Numbered from the whole stretch's first letter, positions 49,804-61,303 are shown. The stretch: 63,836 nucleotides of DNA, filler included, from Acetivibrio sp. (GCF_035371925.1; 20 parts of 20 records of this genome joined end to end with filler, not necessarily neighbours in it), one strand, 5' to 3'. Translations and numbers: made by a program. Notes: generated by a model from the sequence alone, not told the origin.

Positions 49804-50448
49804 TTGAAAACGAATGCACAAATTGATTCAGTAAAGACTTTTAGTACTATGAACGATGAAGAAATAATTGAAGATAGCCGAGCCGGTGATGACAGGGCCC
49901 TCGAATATTTAATCAACAAGTATAAAGGTTTTGTTCGTGCAAAAGCAAGAACTTATTTTCTTATCGGTGCTGACCGGGAAGATATCATTCAGGAAGGAAT
50001 GATTGGTCTCTACAAAGCTATAAGGGATTTTAGAAAGGACAAGCTTTCTTCTTTCCGTGCTTTTGCTGAGCTCTGTATAACAAGGCAGATTATAACGGCA
50101 ATAAAGACTGCCACCCGGCAAAAACACATACCCTTAAATTCTTATGTATCTCTCAACAAGCCGATTTTTGACGAGGAATCGGACCGCACACTCATGGATA
50201 TTATCAGTGAGGAAAGCATTAACGACCCTGAGGAAATGGTTATAAACAGAGAAGAGTTTTCGGGGATTGAGGCAAAAATGGGTGAGATTCTAAGTGGTCT
50301 GGAGTGTGAAGTGCTTACCTCTTACCTTCAAGGGAAATCTTACCAGGAGATTGCTGTTGAATTGGACAGGCATGTGAAATCAATAGACAATGCGCTACAG
50401 AGAGTAAAACGTAAATTGGAGAAATATCTTGAAGAATCTAGAACATAA
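49804..50448 (+). CDS. sigH: RNA polymerase sigma factor SigH
   Basis: GADREDIIQEGMIGLYKAIRDF, FAELCITRQIITAIKTATRQKHIPLNSY, KSIDNALQRVKRKLE. Confidence 0.97.
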   Translation: MKTNAQIDSVKTFSTMNDEEIIEDSRAGDDRALEYLINKYKGFVRAKARTYFLIGADREDIIQEGMIGLYKAIRDFRKDKLSSFRAFAELCITRQIITAIKTATRQKHIPLNSYVSLNKPIFDEESDRTLMDIISEESINDPEEMVINREEFSGIEAKMGEILSGLECEVLTSYLQGKSYQEIAVELDRHVKSIDNALQRVKRKLEKYLEESRT

Positions 50449-50533
50449 TTTGATTTAATTGATGTTTTTCGATTGGACTATTTTAATTAATAGTGGTATA
50501 ATTCTTTATGCTTTATGAATTGAATATTCTTAA

Positions 50534-50607
50534 GCGGGTGTAATTCAATGGTAGAATATCAGCTTCCCAAGCTGACTGCGTGGGTTCGATTCCCATCACC
50601 CGCTCCA
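50534..50607 (+). tRNA. tRNA-Gly(CCC)
   Basis: Cloverleaf, anticodon arm TCAGC-TTCCCAA-GCTGA, GTTCGA T-loop, CCA end. Confidence 0.97.
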
Positions 50608-50623
50608 GCGAAATGTTTTATAT

Positions 50624-50699
50624 GCCCTCATAGCTCAGTAGGCAGAGCGCATCCATGGTAAGGATGAGGTCACCAGTTCGATTCTGGTTGAGGGCTCCA
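50624..50699 (+). tRNA. tRNA-Thr(GGT)
   Basis: Cloverleaf, CATCC-ATGGTAA-GGATG, GTTCGA T-loop, CCA end. Confidence 0.97.
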
Positions 50700-50799
50700 N
50701 NNNNNNNNNNNNNNNNNNNNNNNNNNNNNNNNNNNNNNNNNNNTTAATTAATTAANNNNNNNNNNNNNNNNNNNNNNNNNNNNNNNNNNNNNNNNNNNN

Positions 50800-51049
50800 G
50801 TTTTCCCACATCCTTGGTCAGGTGAATAATCTGTCTTTGAAGATTTGAAAGCTCTACTGCATCAAAATCCACAAGACCTATTGTTCCAACTCCCGCAGCG
50901 GCCAAAAACATGGCAGCCGGCGCTCCAAGGCCTCCTGTTCCAACAATCAAAACCTTGGATTCCAGAAGCTTCTTTTGCCCCTTCACACCAACATCTTTTA
51001 AAATAATATGCCTGGAATACCTCTCCATTTGCTCATTGGTAAAGCTCAT
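50800..51049 (-). CDS. ThiF/MoeB-family adenylyltransferase, N-terminal part
   Basis: [40 protein letters not shown]. Confidence 0.93.
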
Positions 51050-51255
51050 AATGCGCCGCCTCCCATGAAATAAAGGAATTCCACAACGTCGCCTTCTTTT
51101 ACAGTCAAAGTCTCAAAGTCCTTTCGGTCCAATATCTCATCATTTATCTGTACTGTGACGTAATCGGCCATTTCTACCTTTTGGATTTCCAGAAGTTCTT
51201 TTACCGTAACCTCTTTTTCCAAGGATACATCCTTACCGTTCACTTTAATTGTCAT
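51046..51255 (-). CDS. ThiS-like sulfur-carrier protein with C-terminal extension (GGG-AL)
   Basis: [28 protein letters not shown]. Confidence 0.9.
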   Translation of the reverse strand: MTIKVNGKDVSLEKEVTVKELLEIQKVEMADYVTVQINDEILDRKDFETLTVKEGDVVEFLYFMGGGAL

Positions 51256-51273
51256 TTATAAACCCCCCATATT

Positions 51274-53073
51274 CTATATATAATATTCAAGTATGATTTC
51301 ATGACGTTTTAGCAAATCACACACAGCTTCTACCGCACCCTTTGTGTCTTCGATATTTGCATCCGGAACAAAATTGTTGAAAGGTGTCTGCCCTATATTG
51401 ACCACTATGATTTCATTGGGCTGGTTTAAAAGCTTTAGTTTCTTAGCCTCGTAATCATCCAGGTTAAATATACTGGTAATAAATATTTGACCCGAATCGG
51501 TAAATATTCTTGCCAGTTCTCCAATTTGCCTTATATGCTCGTCTCTATCCTCATAGCTGTTTACCGCGTCCGATGCAAGCCCGTGCAGTATACTTGAAAC
51601 CCCAAGATAATATGCTTTGTACTTCATGTTGAAAAGCTGCTCTTCCAGTTGTCTTCCCACATCCTGGATATCCTTTTCTTTTCCTTCACTGCCTGAAGTA
51701 ATTACAATAAACTTTGCCTTGTGTCCATAGGCATTTCTCCTCTGCTCCGCTGAAATCAGACTTTTCTCCCACAAAAATTCTCTTTCCCTGACATGGGTAA
51801 TCAGGCTGCTGTCCGTATCCGGGACCTCTTCTAAAATAATTCCACCTCCGGATATCTCATAGTTGTCCACAATTACAAACCTTCCGGTCTGCTCGACATC
51901 GGAAATAACATCATAGGCAATGGGTTTTGTAGTTTCAAAAATACACTCCGCCACATCATGCCTTTCCACCTGGTCTTTGAAAGTGTCAATGTTCAGCTCC
52001 GCCGCATCAATAATATGTGTTATTTCAATCAGCTTTACTCCAATTTTCATAGTACCGATTTTCAATTTATAGTTTTTGTTCTTTATCAGAGGAGCTTTGC
52101 CCACCCAAAATATGTTTGCCCTAAAACGGGAGCTCACTGACGGATGCTTTTCGTTTGCTTTAACCATCAGCTCTCCGGGTTTTATGTAAATCTGTGTGGT
52201 TAATGTCACTCCTATTGCCTCATCTGCATAGGCTGTATTCCTGGGCTTTACATTAAATCCCTCAATACTGTTTATTACCGACCTTTTGTTTGAAGGAAGA
52301 AAGACAACCTCATCCCCTGCGCTAATCGAACCGCTTATGATTGTGCCTGCTACAATTCTCCGGTCGTCTCCTTCTTCTGTAAACTTGTAAATATCCTGCA
52401 CAGGCATACGGAATGGAAGCTGCCGGTTCTCTTTCTTATTCACAAACCCATCCAACTGTTCTAAAACGGTGGGGCCTTCATACCACAAAGTATTTGGAGA
52501 TTTTTGAGCAATATTATCTCCGTTGAAGGCACTGATAGGTATATAATTAATTGGTCTTATGTTAACCTTTTGCAAAAATTCCCCGAATTCCGAGACAATA
52601 GATTCATAAACTTCCTTGCTAAAGTCCACCAAATCCATCTTATTGACCAAAACAACCACTTGTTTGATTCCCAGCATGGAAACAATATGTCCGTGGCGTT
52701 TGGAATTTTCCTTTATGCCTTCCTTTGCATCTATCACCAAAAGGGCTGCTTCCGCCCGGGATGCTCCCGTAACCATGTTCTTCAAAAACTCCACATGACC
52801 CGGTGCGTCAATAATAATGTAGTCCCTTTTACTTGTCTTAAAAAAGCACCTTGCAGTATCAATGGTAATACCCTGTGCCTGTTCATCCTTTAATGCATCC
52901 AGCAAAAACGCATACTCAAAGGGTCTTGCGTTCTTTCTGCAATACTCCTTAACCGATTCAAGCTTTCCTTCCGGAAGAGAGCCGGTATCTGCAAGCAGCC
53001 TGCCAATGACGGTACTTTTCCCGTGGTCCACATGCCCGACAATTACAATGTTCATTTGTTCTCTTGCATCCAT
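51274..53073 (-). CDS. cysN: Sulfate adenylyltransferase subunit 1 fused to a degenerate APS-kinase-like domain
   Basis: [36 protein letters not shown]-terminal CysC-like region lacks the P-loop. Confidence 0.92.
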   Translation of the reverse strand: MDAREQMNIVIVGHVDHGKSTVIGRLLADTGSLPEGKLESVKEYCRKNARPFEYAFLLDALKDEQAQGITIDTARCFFKTSKRDYIIIDAPGHVEFLKNMVTGASRAEAALLVIDAKEGIKENSKRHGHIVSMLGIKQVVVLVNKMDLVDFSKEVYESIVSEFGEFLQKVNIRPINYIPISAFNGDNIAQKSPNTLWYEGPTVLEQLDGFVNKKENRQLPFRMPVQDIYKFTEEGDDRRIVAGTIISGSISAGDEVVFLPSNKRSVINSIEGFNVKPRNTAYADEAIGVTLTTQIYIKPGELMVKANEKHPSVSSRFRANIFWVGKAPLIKNKNYKLKIGTMKIGVKLIEITHIIDAAELNIDTFKDQVERHDVAECIFETTKPIAYDVISDVEQTGRFVIVDNYEISGGGIILEEVPDTDSSLITHVREREFLWEKSLISAEQRRNAYGHKAKFIVITSGSEGKEKDIQDVGRQLEEQLFNMKYKAYYLGVSSILHGLASDAVNSYEDRDEHIRQIGELARIFTDSGQIFITSIFNLDDYEAKKLKLLNQPNEIIVVNIGQTPFNNFVPDANIEDTKGAVEAVCDLLKRHEIILEYYI

Positions 53074-53074
53074 A

Positions 53075-53521
53075 TCACATGTACCCCCCTCTTCTCAAGG
53101 TCTCAAGCCCGCCGCCGTCATCCTGATCCTGTGCCCGTCCTGACCTTTCTGCTATATTTGCAAACTTGCCGCTTTTTAGCTCTTCAATAATTTCCCTGAC
53201 ATTCTTAGCAGTAGACTCCACAGGGAAAGTACACGGATAGCATCCCAGGGATCTGTAACGCTTTCCATTCCCCTGGTCAAAATATAGTGATGTAATAGGT
53301 ATGTTTTCCCTTTCTATGTATTCCCAGATGTTTAGCTCTGTCCAGTCCAAAAGCGGATGTATTCTAATATGGGTTCCCGGTGCAAAGTCGGTCTTGAACT
53401 GATTCCAAAATTCAGGAGGCTGGTCTTCCACAGCCCAGTCATTTTCCTTGTCCCTCGGTGAAAAATATCTTTCCTTTGACCGGCTTCCCTCTTCATCAGC
53501 TCTTACGCCCACAATAACTCC
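53075..53521 (-). CDS. cysD: Sulfate adenylyltransferase subunit 2, C-terminal part
   Basis: [45 protein letters not shown]. Confidence 0.92.
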   Translation of the reverse strand, partial: GVIVGVRADEEGSRSKERYFSPRDKENDWAVEDQPPEFWNQFKTDFAPGTHIRIHPLLDWTELNIWEYIERENIPITSLYFDQGNGKRYRSLGCYPCTFPVESTAKNVREIIEELKSGKFANIAERSGRAQDQDDGGGLETLRRGGYM

Positions 53522-53675
53522 NNNNNNNNNNNNNNNNNNNNNNNNNNNNNNNNNNNNNNNNNNNNTTAATTAATTAANNNNNNNNNNNNNNNNNNNNNNN
53601 NNNNNNNNNNNNNNNNNNNNNGCCTGGCATCTTCTTTTTCAAAGATCATTTTGTTTCATTACAGGAATGCTCCTG

Positions 53676-55631
53676 TTATTTTAGATTTATATATTTTGTT
53701 TTTGCTTTAAAGGGTTCAAAGGCTGTGCCTCCGCCCTGATAAAACTTTCCGAAAAACTCAATGTACTGCAGCCTGCAAGAGTGAACGTATGCTCCAAGGG
53801 CATTTATTGCAAAGTTGAACAAGTGCCCAAAGGCTAAAATAGCGACTACAGCAATTATTTTCAGTATGTTGTTGAAACCGAACATTGTTGCCATCTGGTT
53901 GACGATGGATGCAATAACCGAGGTTGCAAGACCGAGAGCAAGTAGTCTTGAGTAAGACAGAACGTCACTCATGAAGCTTACAAGGTCATAAAGGCTTGCA
54001 ACACCGCCAAAAAGCTTTGCAATAATATTCTTTTTGTCCCTGCCCTGGGTAAGAATCAAAAGAACTGCGCCGATTACCATGAGATATTTGCCCAAAGTTA
54101 CCAGACTGGTTACTTTTTCGGGATCGACTTTTGGAATGTAGGGGAGTACAAACAGTATAAATCCGGTAAACAATATGTACCAAAACAGTACATCAAAAAC
54201 CGCATCAAGATATTTTTTATCCTTGATAAAGTTTGCAGCCCGGACTCCAAGACCGACATATATGTGGATGGCACCGAAAAGCAGTGAGTAACTGAGTAGT
54301 AATTCAGGGTCTTCCACAGGGTTAAACCACACTGCCGGTATGTTCGGGATACCGAACCAGCTTCCGAAAAGCAGCCCCCAGAACATCGTGGAAATGCCGC
54401 AGTAAAGCATGAGCTTCATAAACTTTTTTGTACCTTCTTCAAGTTTAAACGCTTTTAGAATTATACCTGCAAGGATGGTCATTATGGCACCGTAAGCGCC
54501 GTCACCCAGCATAAGCCCGAAGAACAGTATAAAAAAGGGAGCCATTATTGCATTTGGGTCAATCTCTTTGGAGTTTGGAACACTGTACATATTGGTTATT
54601 GATTCCACAGAACTTGGGATGGCTTTATTGGCGAGCAGTACGGGAAATTCCTCATCATCTTTTGGCTTTATAATTTCTATAAAGCAATCACTGCTTTTTT
54701 CAAGGAAGGCTTTCACTTGTTCCGCTGAATTTTCCGGAAGCCAGCCTTCGAGCATGAAAACCTTGTTGGTTTTAAGGAAGTTGGAACGCACGATTTTTCG
54801 TTCTCTTTCAATAGCCAAGTGATCGTGAAGAACTTCCAGGTCATCCTTGTATTTTACATAGGAAGCCATCTTATTTTCAATATCCTCAATCTCATTGTCT
54901 ATATTTTCGATGTTTTCTGAAGCTTGACTGATATTGTGTTGTACTGTTCCTGAGAGTTCTTTAAAAGTTACCTTGGAAAAACTGTACTGCTTTAATACAT
55001 TCATGGTATCTTCTTCTTTAGAGGTCAGATATACAATAAGAAGATAGCTTTGCTCTTTGTCTTTTCCAAGAACTTCAAAGTAGCTCTCGGGGACTGTGTC
55101 GTCAAGGTCCTGCTTTATTTTATCGGTATTTGCCATTTCCGGTACAACACCGATTAAAACCGTGGAAGATGCAGTTGATGTAAGCTCTAAAGGAATGTCT
55201 AAAGCTTCCCACGGTTTGAGACTCAAAATCAGGTTTGAGTTTTTGTTTTTTTCCGCTTTCAAGTTTGAAAGCATTTCATCATATTGATTAATCTCATTAA
55301 TAACAGTCCAGAGCTTATCCTGATTTTGCAAAACCATGTTCAAGTCGCTGATACTAATATCACGTCTGGCTGAAAAGAGAGGTTTTTTGCGTTTGTCGAA
55401 TTTGTCCAAATAGTCAATAATGGCCGATACCCTGTCAATTTGAGCATCGAGCCTTGAGACGCTTTCGTTGTCTCCATCGACATCTACCAGCTCTTTCCAA
55501 TCATCAGAAGACATCTTTTCTTTTGAGTCCGTAATCTCAACAACGCCTAATTTCATAAGATTTTCAAGGATGCGCTCTTTCTCTGATTCAAGCCCTATAA
55601 GAGAAATTTTGTTCATTTTAACTATTGCCAT
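53676..55631 (-). CDS. ntpI: V/A-type ATP synthase subunit I
   Basis: EGWLP, DPNAIMAPFF..FFGLMLGDGAYG, SDVLSYSRLLAL, HSCRLQYIEFFGKFY. Confidence 0.95.
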   Translation of the reverse strand: MAIVKMNKISLIGLESEKERILENLMKLGVVEITDSKEKMSSDDWKELVDVDGDNESVSRLDAQIDRVSAIIDYLDKFDKRKKPLFSARRDISISDLNMVLQNQDKLWTVINEINQYDEMLSNLKAEKNKNSNLILSLKPWEALDIPLELTSTASSTVLIGVVPEMANTDKIKQDLDDTVPESYFEVLGKDKEQSYLLIVYLTSKEEDTMNVLKQYSFSKVTFKELSGTVQHNISQASENIENIDNEIEDIENKMASYVKYKDDLEVLHDHLAIERERKIVRSNFLKTNKVFMLEGWLPENSAEQVKAFLEKSSDCFIEIIKPKDDEEFPVLLANKAIPSSVESITNMYSVPNSKEIDPNAIMAPFFILFFGLMLGDGAYGAIMTILAGIILKAFKLEEGTKKFMKLMLYCGISTMFWGLLFGSWFGIPNIPAVWFNPVEDPELLLSYSLLFGAIHIYVGLGVRAANFIKDKKYLDAVFDVLFWYILFTGFILFVLPYIPKVDPEKVTSLVTLGKYLMVIGAVLLILTQGRDKKNIIAKLFGGVASLYDLVSFMSDVLSYSRLLALGLATSVIASIVNQMATMFGFNNILKIIAVVAILAFGHLFNFAINALGAYVHSCRLQYIEFFGKFYQGGGTAFEPFKAKTKYINLK

Positions 55632-55947
55632 TGGGGCTCACTATCCTTCCTATGATTATCTCCACTGCCTTGTCCAACTTCTTCCTGGCGTTTGCTTTTA
55701 TTGCATCGCATTCGGAAGATACTTCGGAGGCGAATTTTTCAATCTCGGCATTTGCCTGTTTTTCAGCTTCCTGAATAATTTTTTTTGCTTCTTTTTCTGC
55801 ATCTTCCTGAGCCTGTTCAAGAAGCTTGTAAGATTGACTTGTGGCTTCTGATAGAATTTGCTGGGCATCTTCATAGGATTGCTTTTTAATTTGTTCGGCT
55901 TCGGCTTCTGATTGCTTAATGGATCTAATGATATCAATCGACACCAA
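55618..55947 (-). CDS. V/A-type ATP synthase subunit H/G (stator)
   Basis: 109-aa Ala/Glu/Lys-rich helix directly upstream of subunit I. Confidence 0.85.
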   Translation of the reverse strand: MVSIDIIRSIKQSEAEAEQIKKQSYEDAQQILSEATSQSYKLLEQAQEDAEKEAKKIIQEAEKQANAEIEKFASEVSSECDAIKANARKKLDKAVEIIIGRIVSPNGNS

Positions 55948-56250
55948 ATCACCACCTTTAGTATGTATTTATTTCCCGTCAATTTAAACTTATGCTGGTT
56001 TAAAACTTTCTGCCGTACAAGTAGCTTTTCCACTTTAATACAGGATATTAATACACTTACTGGGCATTGGTTCAGATTAGACTCGCCATTGAGACTAATA
56101 TAATGCTCTCGAAAACTCGTATTGCTTTCGAGGTCTCTATTTCAGGAGCANNNNNNNNNNNNNNNNNNNNNNNNNNNNNNNNNNNNNNNNNNNNTTAATT
56201 AATTAANNNNNNNNNNNNNNNNNNNNNNNNNNNNNNNNNNNNNNNNNNNN

Positions 56251-58373
56251 TGATTGCCCCAATCCAGATAAAAAATGCAGACGGTCATTTAGTGGACGGA
56301 TTTACCTTTAAAACCGGCAATACAACCCGGTATTCCAATGAATCCTCTGTAGGCTTCGGTACCTTTAGAAATGGCGGAGCAGTGGGAATCCATTTCAAAT
56401 ATCCGTTAAAATTCACTTTTTATGCAGGTATGGGGCCTAATGACCTGGCGGCAAAATTTGAAACCCTTCCTGCCAGTGTAGTGGAAGGAGATGACGTTTT
56501 AGTGGGAGTAATGGTTAAATCTACTTTCGAAACGGATTTGACCAATGTTCCATACAAATGGGAAATCACAGATAAAGATGGAGAGGTTGTACCGGCTACC
56601 TTTTCCGGCAATGCCAAAGCCGGAAAAGGAAATATTGAGAAAATAGAGGCATCAAAAGGCGAATGCCTTCTTTATGCTACCTTTAAAATGCCTGACAGCG
56701 ATGTCAATATAAAGTTTGAAGTGAACAAGGACGGACAAAACCCAGAGGAAGAATACCTGGATAATAATGTTATTGATTCGGGAGAATTAATAAAGGCTGT
56801 AAAAATAATTCCTACTTCAAAAGAGCAATTTGATTTGGACTACAATGTTTTATCAAGGAAGGTGGAATTCCCCCTTGCCGATGTAGACATTGTGGCGGAA
56901 TTGATACTTCCAAACCCTGAGAACAATTCATGGGTAGGAAATGCACGCGGCAAGCTGAATGTAACAACAAATGAGGCCGGGAATTTATTCAGCGATTTCA
57001 ATGTTAAAAACAACCCGGAAGTAAATGAAGAAGGAACCAGGTTTGTAAGAAGGCCGGATATAAGTATGATCCTTAAAAGAAGTTCCTTTGGGGACAATCC
57101 GGATAGTGGAAAATGCTCGGATTGGAAAACACCATGGGAGCCCATGGTAAAAACCGGCATAATATCTTTTGGAGGTGAGGTTGAAAGAAAATATACATAC
57201 AAAGAATATAATATTACAACGGGCGAAGAGGAAACTGAAACAAAATCAACTAAAGCATCCTTCAACAGCGGGAAAAAAGCAATAACAATAAGAGCTTTTA
57301 TATATAACGGCAGTTCCCATATTGCACCGAAGACCTTCCAAAATACAATTGAAAACAATGCAGCCAAGCCTTTGGAAAAGAAGATACTGTGGACATCTAC
57401 CCCCTATAATTTCGATGTTATCCGCTGGATGTATCATATGGACGAAAACGGCAAACTGATTAATCCCACACAGGTAGACGGTCAATACCAAAGAACCTTT
57501 ACACAGCAAAACAGCGGAACAATCAACTGGTCAGTACCGGCCGGCATGGCTGCCAATTATAAACGAAGCAGGGATGCTGCAAGAAAAGGCGATACAAGAA
57601 ATTCCGAACTGGACAGGGCTGTTTTTGCATCAGACAAAGTATATCAAAATTTAGCCTATCCCATCCGGTCGGGCTACTACTTTAACCCCACCGGCACCTA
57701 CCAATTTACCGTAGAGACGGTAACCTATAAACCCACCAATGCTGATACGGAGGAACACAAGAACCTAGTACAGGCACTTATCAACTCCTTCAGATACGAA
57801 TCGGATCTTGTGTACATAAACAATAAAAACCAAGCAGTGGATATACAAAACCAGCCGGCAACCAAAAAGGGTACCGTTTATACCGCAAGGCCTGCAGCCA
57901 TTACGGCGGCTGACCCCGTAGGCTTGAACGGGGTAAACTGGCTTAAAGTAATAGACAGAAAGGCCGATCCCTCCCGCTATGTTAAGACGGTGGAGGAAAT
58001 CAAACACTCTACCGATGTGGACGGTTCAAATACCCATGTATTTTGGAAAAATGTCCTGGAGGGTTATGAAGAATCGGGCACTCTTTCAAGCTTTAACAAC
58101 TTTAAATACCGTGAATACGTTAAACCCGGTCAGACCATGTATAAAATAACCGAAAAGACAACGGTGACAATTATAGTCAACCCTCAAAACACAAAGGCAT
58201 ACACCCATATACAAATGGAAGATGCCAAATACCGTGTAAGGGCTTATTTTGCCGATACTGCCCTTGCCAATATCAGCAGTGCCCTTCCCACACTAAAGGG
58301 TGTTGTCCTGGATAATATAGAAATAACGGTGGTGGGTTCCGGGTATGACGATATGGGCTTTGATGAACAATAA
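56251..58373 (+). CDS. Large extracellular protein, Athe_2463-like C-terminal region with Ig/CARDB-like domain (5' end cut)
   Basis: Frame is open from the contig start; NPEEEYLDNN, RSGYYFNPTGTY.FTVETV, INSFRYESDL, HVFWKNVLEGY, GSGYDD. Confidence 0.55.
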
Positions 58374-58453
58374 TTGTTGCCCGCCAATATATAGGTGCAT
58401 ACTTTTCTTTAACTCTATTTTATGCACATAAAATATAACGACTCTTAGCATGC

Positions 58454-58486
58454 AAAAGCTCATGGGCATCGAGTCCATGAGCTTTT
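58454..58486 (+). terminator. Rho-independent terminator
   Basis: AAAGCTCATGG-N9-CCATGAGCTTT with T run. Confidence 0.75.
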
Positions 58487-58828
58487 TGGTAATTTCACTT
58501 TGCAAAATCCCACTAACAAAGATCCCCAGGATAATATACTTCCAAAGGAATCTTTTTTATTAGCTAAACAGTCAAATCATTCTCATTTTTAAAAACAATA
58601 GCCTGCTTAAATATACTGCCCACTATGATAAAAAAGCATCCTATAACAAAATAGATTAATAAATGTGTTAATTCCGAACCTATCCCTGGGATTAAATCAG
58701 TCAATAACATGTAAGCTTTATATTTAAANNNNNNNNNNNNNNNNNNNNNNNNNNNNNNNNNNNNNNNNNNNNTTAATTAATTAANNNNNNNNNNNNNNNN
58801 NNNNNNNNNNNNNNNNNNNNNNNNNNNN

Positions 58829-59199
58829 TGAGTAAGTCTATAAGCCGGGTTCTGTATTTGATAGTCATCTATCTAGGCTATATATTTCTATATAGCTCAA
58901 GCCACCTACCCGGGACTGGCGGGCCACCTTAACGTCCCTCTATGCGGTGTTGCTCCAGGTGGGGTTTACATAGCCGGTAAGTCGCCATACCGCTGGTGAG
59001 CTCTTACCTCACCTTTCCACCCTTGCCATGCCAAAGACCGAAAGCAATCAGCTTCAATCTCCGGCAGGCGGTATATCTCTGTTGCACTTTCCTTGAAGTC
59101 GCCTTCACCGGGAGTTACCCGGCACCCTGCCCTATGGAGCCCGGACTTTCCTCGTGTACGGCCTTTCGGCACTGTACCCGCGACTATCTGGCTTACTCA
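58829..59199 (-). ncRNA. rnpB: RNase P RNA (type A)
   Basis: GAGGAAAGTCCGGGCTC, GAAAGTGCAACAG, AAACCCCAC..GAGCAA, ACAGAACCCGGCTTA universal motifs. Confidence 0.98.
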
Positions 59200-59251
59200 A
59201 TATTCTAAGTTTTCATCGGTAAATATATTATACGCATGAAAGATACAAATG

Positions 59252-60358
59252 TCAACAAAATTTAAATGGGTCCTCTTCCATATTGCTTTTCATAACCTCA
59301 ATTTGTGGGAAATTCTCTTTTATCAGCTCAAAAAGCCTGTCGGCAATAATCCTTTCGGTATTAAAGTGCCCGGCATCTATAACGCACATTTCCATTTCCA
59401 GCATATCCACTGCATCATGATACTTTACATCTCCTGTAACCAATACATCCGCTTTCGATTTTGCAGCCTCCATCACTTCCCGGTCAAAGCTTCCGCAGAA
59501 CACAGCCACTTTTTTAATCTCCCGGTTAATGCCGCCAATTACTCTCACGTTTTTTACACCAAGCTTTTCTTTTACAACAGCTACAAACTCTTCAAGACTT
59601 TTAGGTATGTCCAAGGCTCCCACATTTCCCATGCCGTACTGCCTGCCTTTTATCTCTAAAGGATAAATGTCATAAGCCACTTCTTCATAAGGATGTGCCT
59701 TTACCATGGCTTCTATCGCTTTTTTAAGGTCTTTTTGGCTGACTATAGTCTCCAGTCTGTACTCGTCGACCTTCTCCAAGTTGCCTGTTGTGCCAATATA
59801 GGGATTTGTGCCCTCCAACGGTCTAAATGTTCCCGTTCCCGCTGTCATAAAGGAGCAGTCGCTGTAATTGCCTATCCACCCTGCTCCGGCCCGGCTCATA
59901 GCATCCCTTACCGAATCCACACTTTCATGGGGAACAAACACAACTATCTTGTAAAGCTTTTCAGCCCTGTAATCCTTAAGATTTGCTATCTTAGTGAGCC
60001 CCAAAACCGAAGAAAGATAATCGTTAACTCCGCCACAAGCAACATCCAGATTGGTATGGGCACTGTATACCCCAATGCTGTTTTTTATCAGCCTGTAAAT
60101 GATACTTCCCTTTGGGTCGTCCTCATTTATTCTTTTTAGCCCTTTAAATATAACAGGATGATGGGAGACAATCAAGTCGGCTTTTTTTGCTATAGCCTCA
60201 TCCACGATTTTTGAAGTCACATCCAGACATACAAGTATTCTTTCTACGATACTCTCCCTGCTTCCAACAAGTAAGCCGACATTGTCATAATCTTCCGCAA
60301 GACTGTTGGGGGCCAGCTCCTCCATGTATTTTATTATCTCCCTTGCTTTAATGCTCAT
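59252..60358 (-). CDS. Nif3-like dinuclear metal centre protein (YqfO type with PII-like insert)
   Basis: DNVGLL, SHHP, HTNLD, HPYEEVAYDI, TGDVKYH, DAGHFNTE. Confidence 0.95.
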   Translation of the reverse strand: MSIKAREIIKYMEELAPNSLAEDYDNVGLLVGSRESIVERILVCLDVTSKIVDEAIAKKADLIVSHHPVIFKGLKRINEDDPKGSIIYRLIKNSIGVYSAHTNLDVACGGVNDYLSSVLGLTKIANLKDYRAEKLYKIVVFVPHESVDSVRDAMSRAGAGWIGNYSDCSFMTAGTGTFRPLEGTNPYIGTTGNLEKVDEYRLETIVSQKDLKKAIEAMVKAHPYEEVAYDIYPLEIKGRQYGMGNVGALDIPKSLEEFVAVVKEKLGVKNVRVIGGINREIKKVAVFCGSFDREVMEAAKSKADVLVTGDVKYHDAVDMLEMEMCVIDAGHFNTERIIADRLFELIKENFPQIEVMKSNMEEDPFKFC

Positions 60359-60371
60359 AAAATCACTCCTC

Positions 60372-61070
60372 TCAAGCTTTTTTATACTCCATAAAAAGCC
60401 TTGATATTTCATCCCTAATTCTTATGGTATCCAATCTTTTTTTGGAGTTCTTATCGTTCATTTTCTCCATTTCAAAAATAATTTTATCCAATTGCCGTAT
60501 TCTTTTTTCAATGAGCTCCGGTAAAAGGGAATCCCTGTTTTCAAAAAGCTTCTCTCCGATATAATAATACGCTTCCTCTTTTGATTTCGCCTTTCCCGTC
60601 CACTTTACAGCCATGGCATTATATATTCTGTCTTCCTCTTTTGCAAGCTTCTCGTCAAAAATATCAAAACCGTTCTCGTAAAGCCATTGGCGAATAAGTT
60701 CTATGGCATTCATTGGTTGAATAACAAGCGTCCTGGCTTTTTGTGCCTTGGCAAAACCCTTTTCCAATATTTCCTTTATGAGTTGCCCGCCCATTCCCGC
60801 AATAATTATAACATCAACTTCGCTATCCTCTATGGGGTCCAACCCGTCCCCTACCCTGGTTTTTATGTATTGTGAAAGACCGTATTCGGCTATATTTTTG
60901 TCTGCAAAGCTTATTGGGCCTTTTCTGACATCGCAAGCCAATGCCTTTTGGCATTTTTTATTCATTACAAGATAAATGGGAATATATGCATGATCCGTCC
61001 CTATATCGCATACAATATTGCATTTGGGGGTAATGTCGGCAATAAGCTTTAAACGTCCCTTTAACTCCAT
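60372..61070 (-). CDS. trmK: tRNA (adenine22-N1) methyltransferase
   Basis: RLKLIA, DIGTDHAYIP, GDGL, IAGMGG, QPM; upstream of the Nif3 gene. Confidence 0.94.
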   Translation of the reverse strand: MELKGRLKLIADITPKCNIVCDIGTDHAYIPIYLVMNKKCQKALACDVRKGPISFADKNIAEYGLSQYIKTRVGDGLDPIEDSEVDVIIIAGMGGQLIKEILEKGFAKAQKARTLVIQPMNAIELIRQWLYENGFDIFDEKLAKEEDRIYNAMAVKWTGKAKSKEEAYYYIGEKLFENRDSLLPELIEKRIRQLDKIIFEMEKMNDKNSKKRLDTIRIRDEISRLFMEYKKA

Positions 61071-61248
61071 GCTAGCATCCTTTCGCCATAAAAGTTTGAT
61101 ACCGTACGGTAACAATTATATTAGATTTTTTGCACATAATAAATAGTATAAAAACATTTTTAAAATTTATAAAAGGGGATGTTTTAATGATACAAAGCCG
61201 CAGGATGCTAAATACAAGGGACACCGAAAAACCTTTTGAGACTATAAC

Positions 61249-61303
61249 CCTGAATTTTGCAGTTAGAAGAGGGAAAAAGAGCCCATAACCACGCTAAAAT
61301 AGC
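61249..61303 (+). mobile_element. Terminus of a multicopy element starting CCTGAATTTTGCAG (IS1380-like), copy 2
   Basis: Reverse complement of 44847-44899. Confidence 0.55.

Noticed and set aside
56100..56150. CTCGAAA/TTTCGAG hairpin at a contig end as an IS200/IS605 end
   Set aside because: A single short hairpin with no second copy or transposase in the window; insufficient support.
58966..59208. Two short ORFs over the rnpB region
   Set aside because: The region is RNase P RNA with all universal motifs; the ORFs are incidental.
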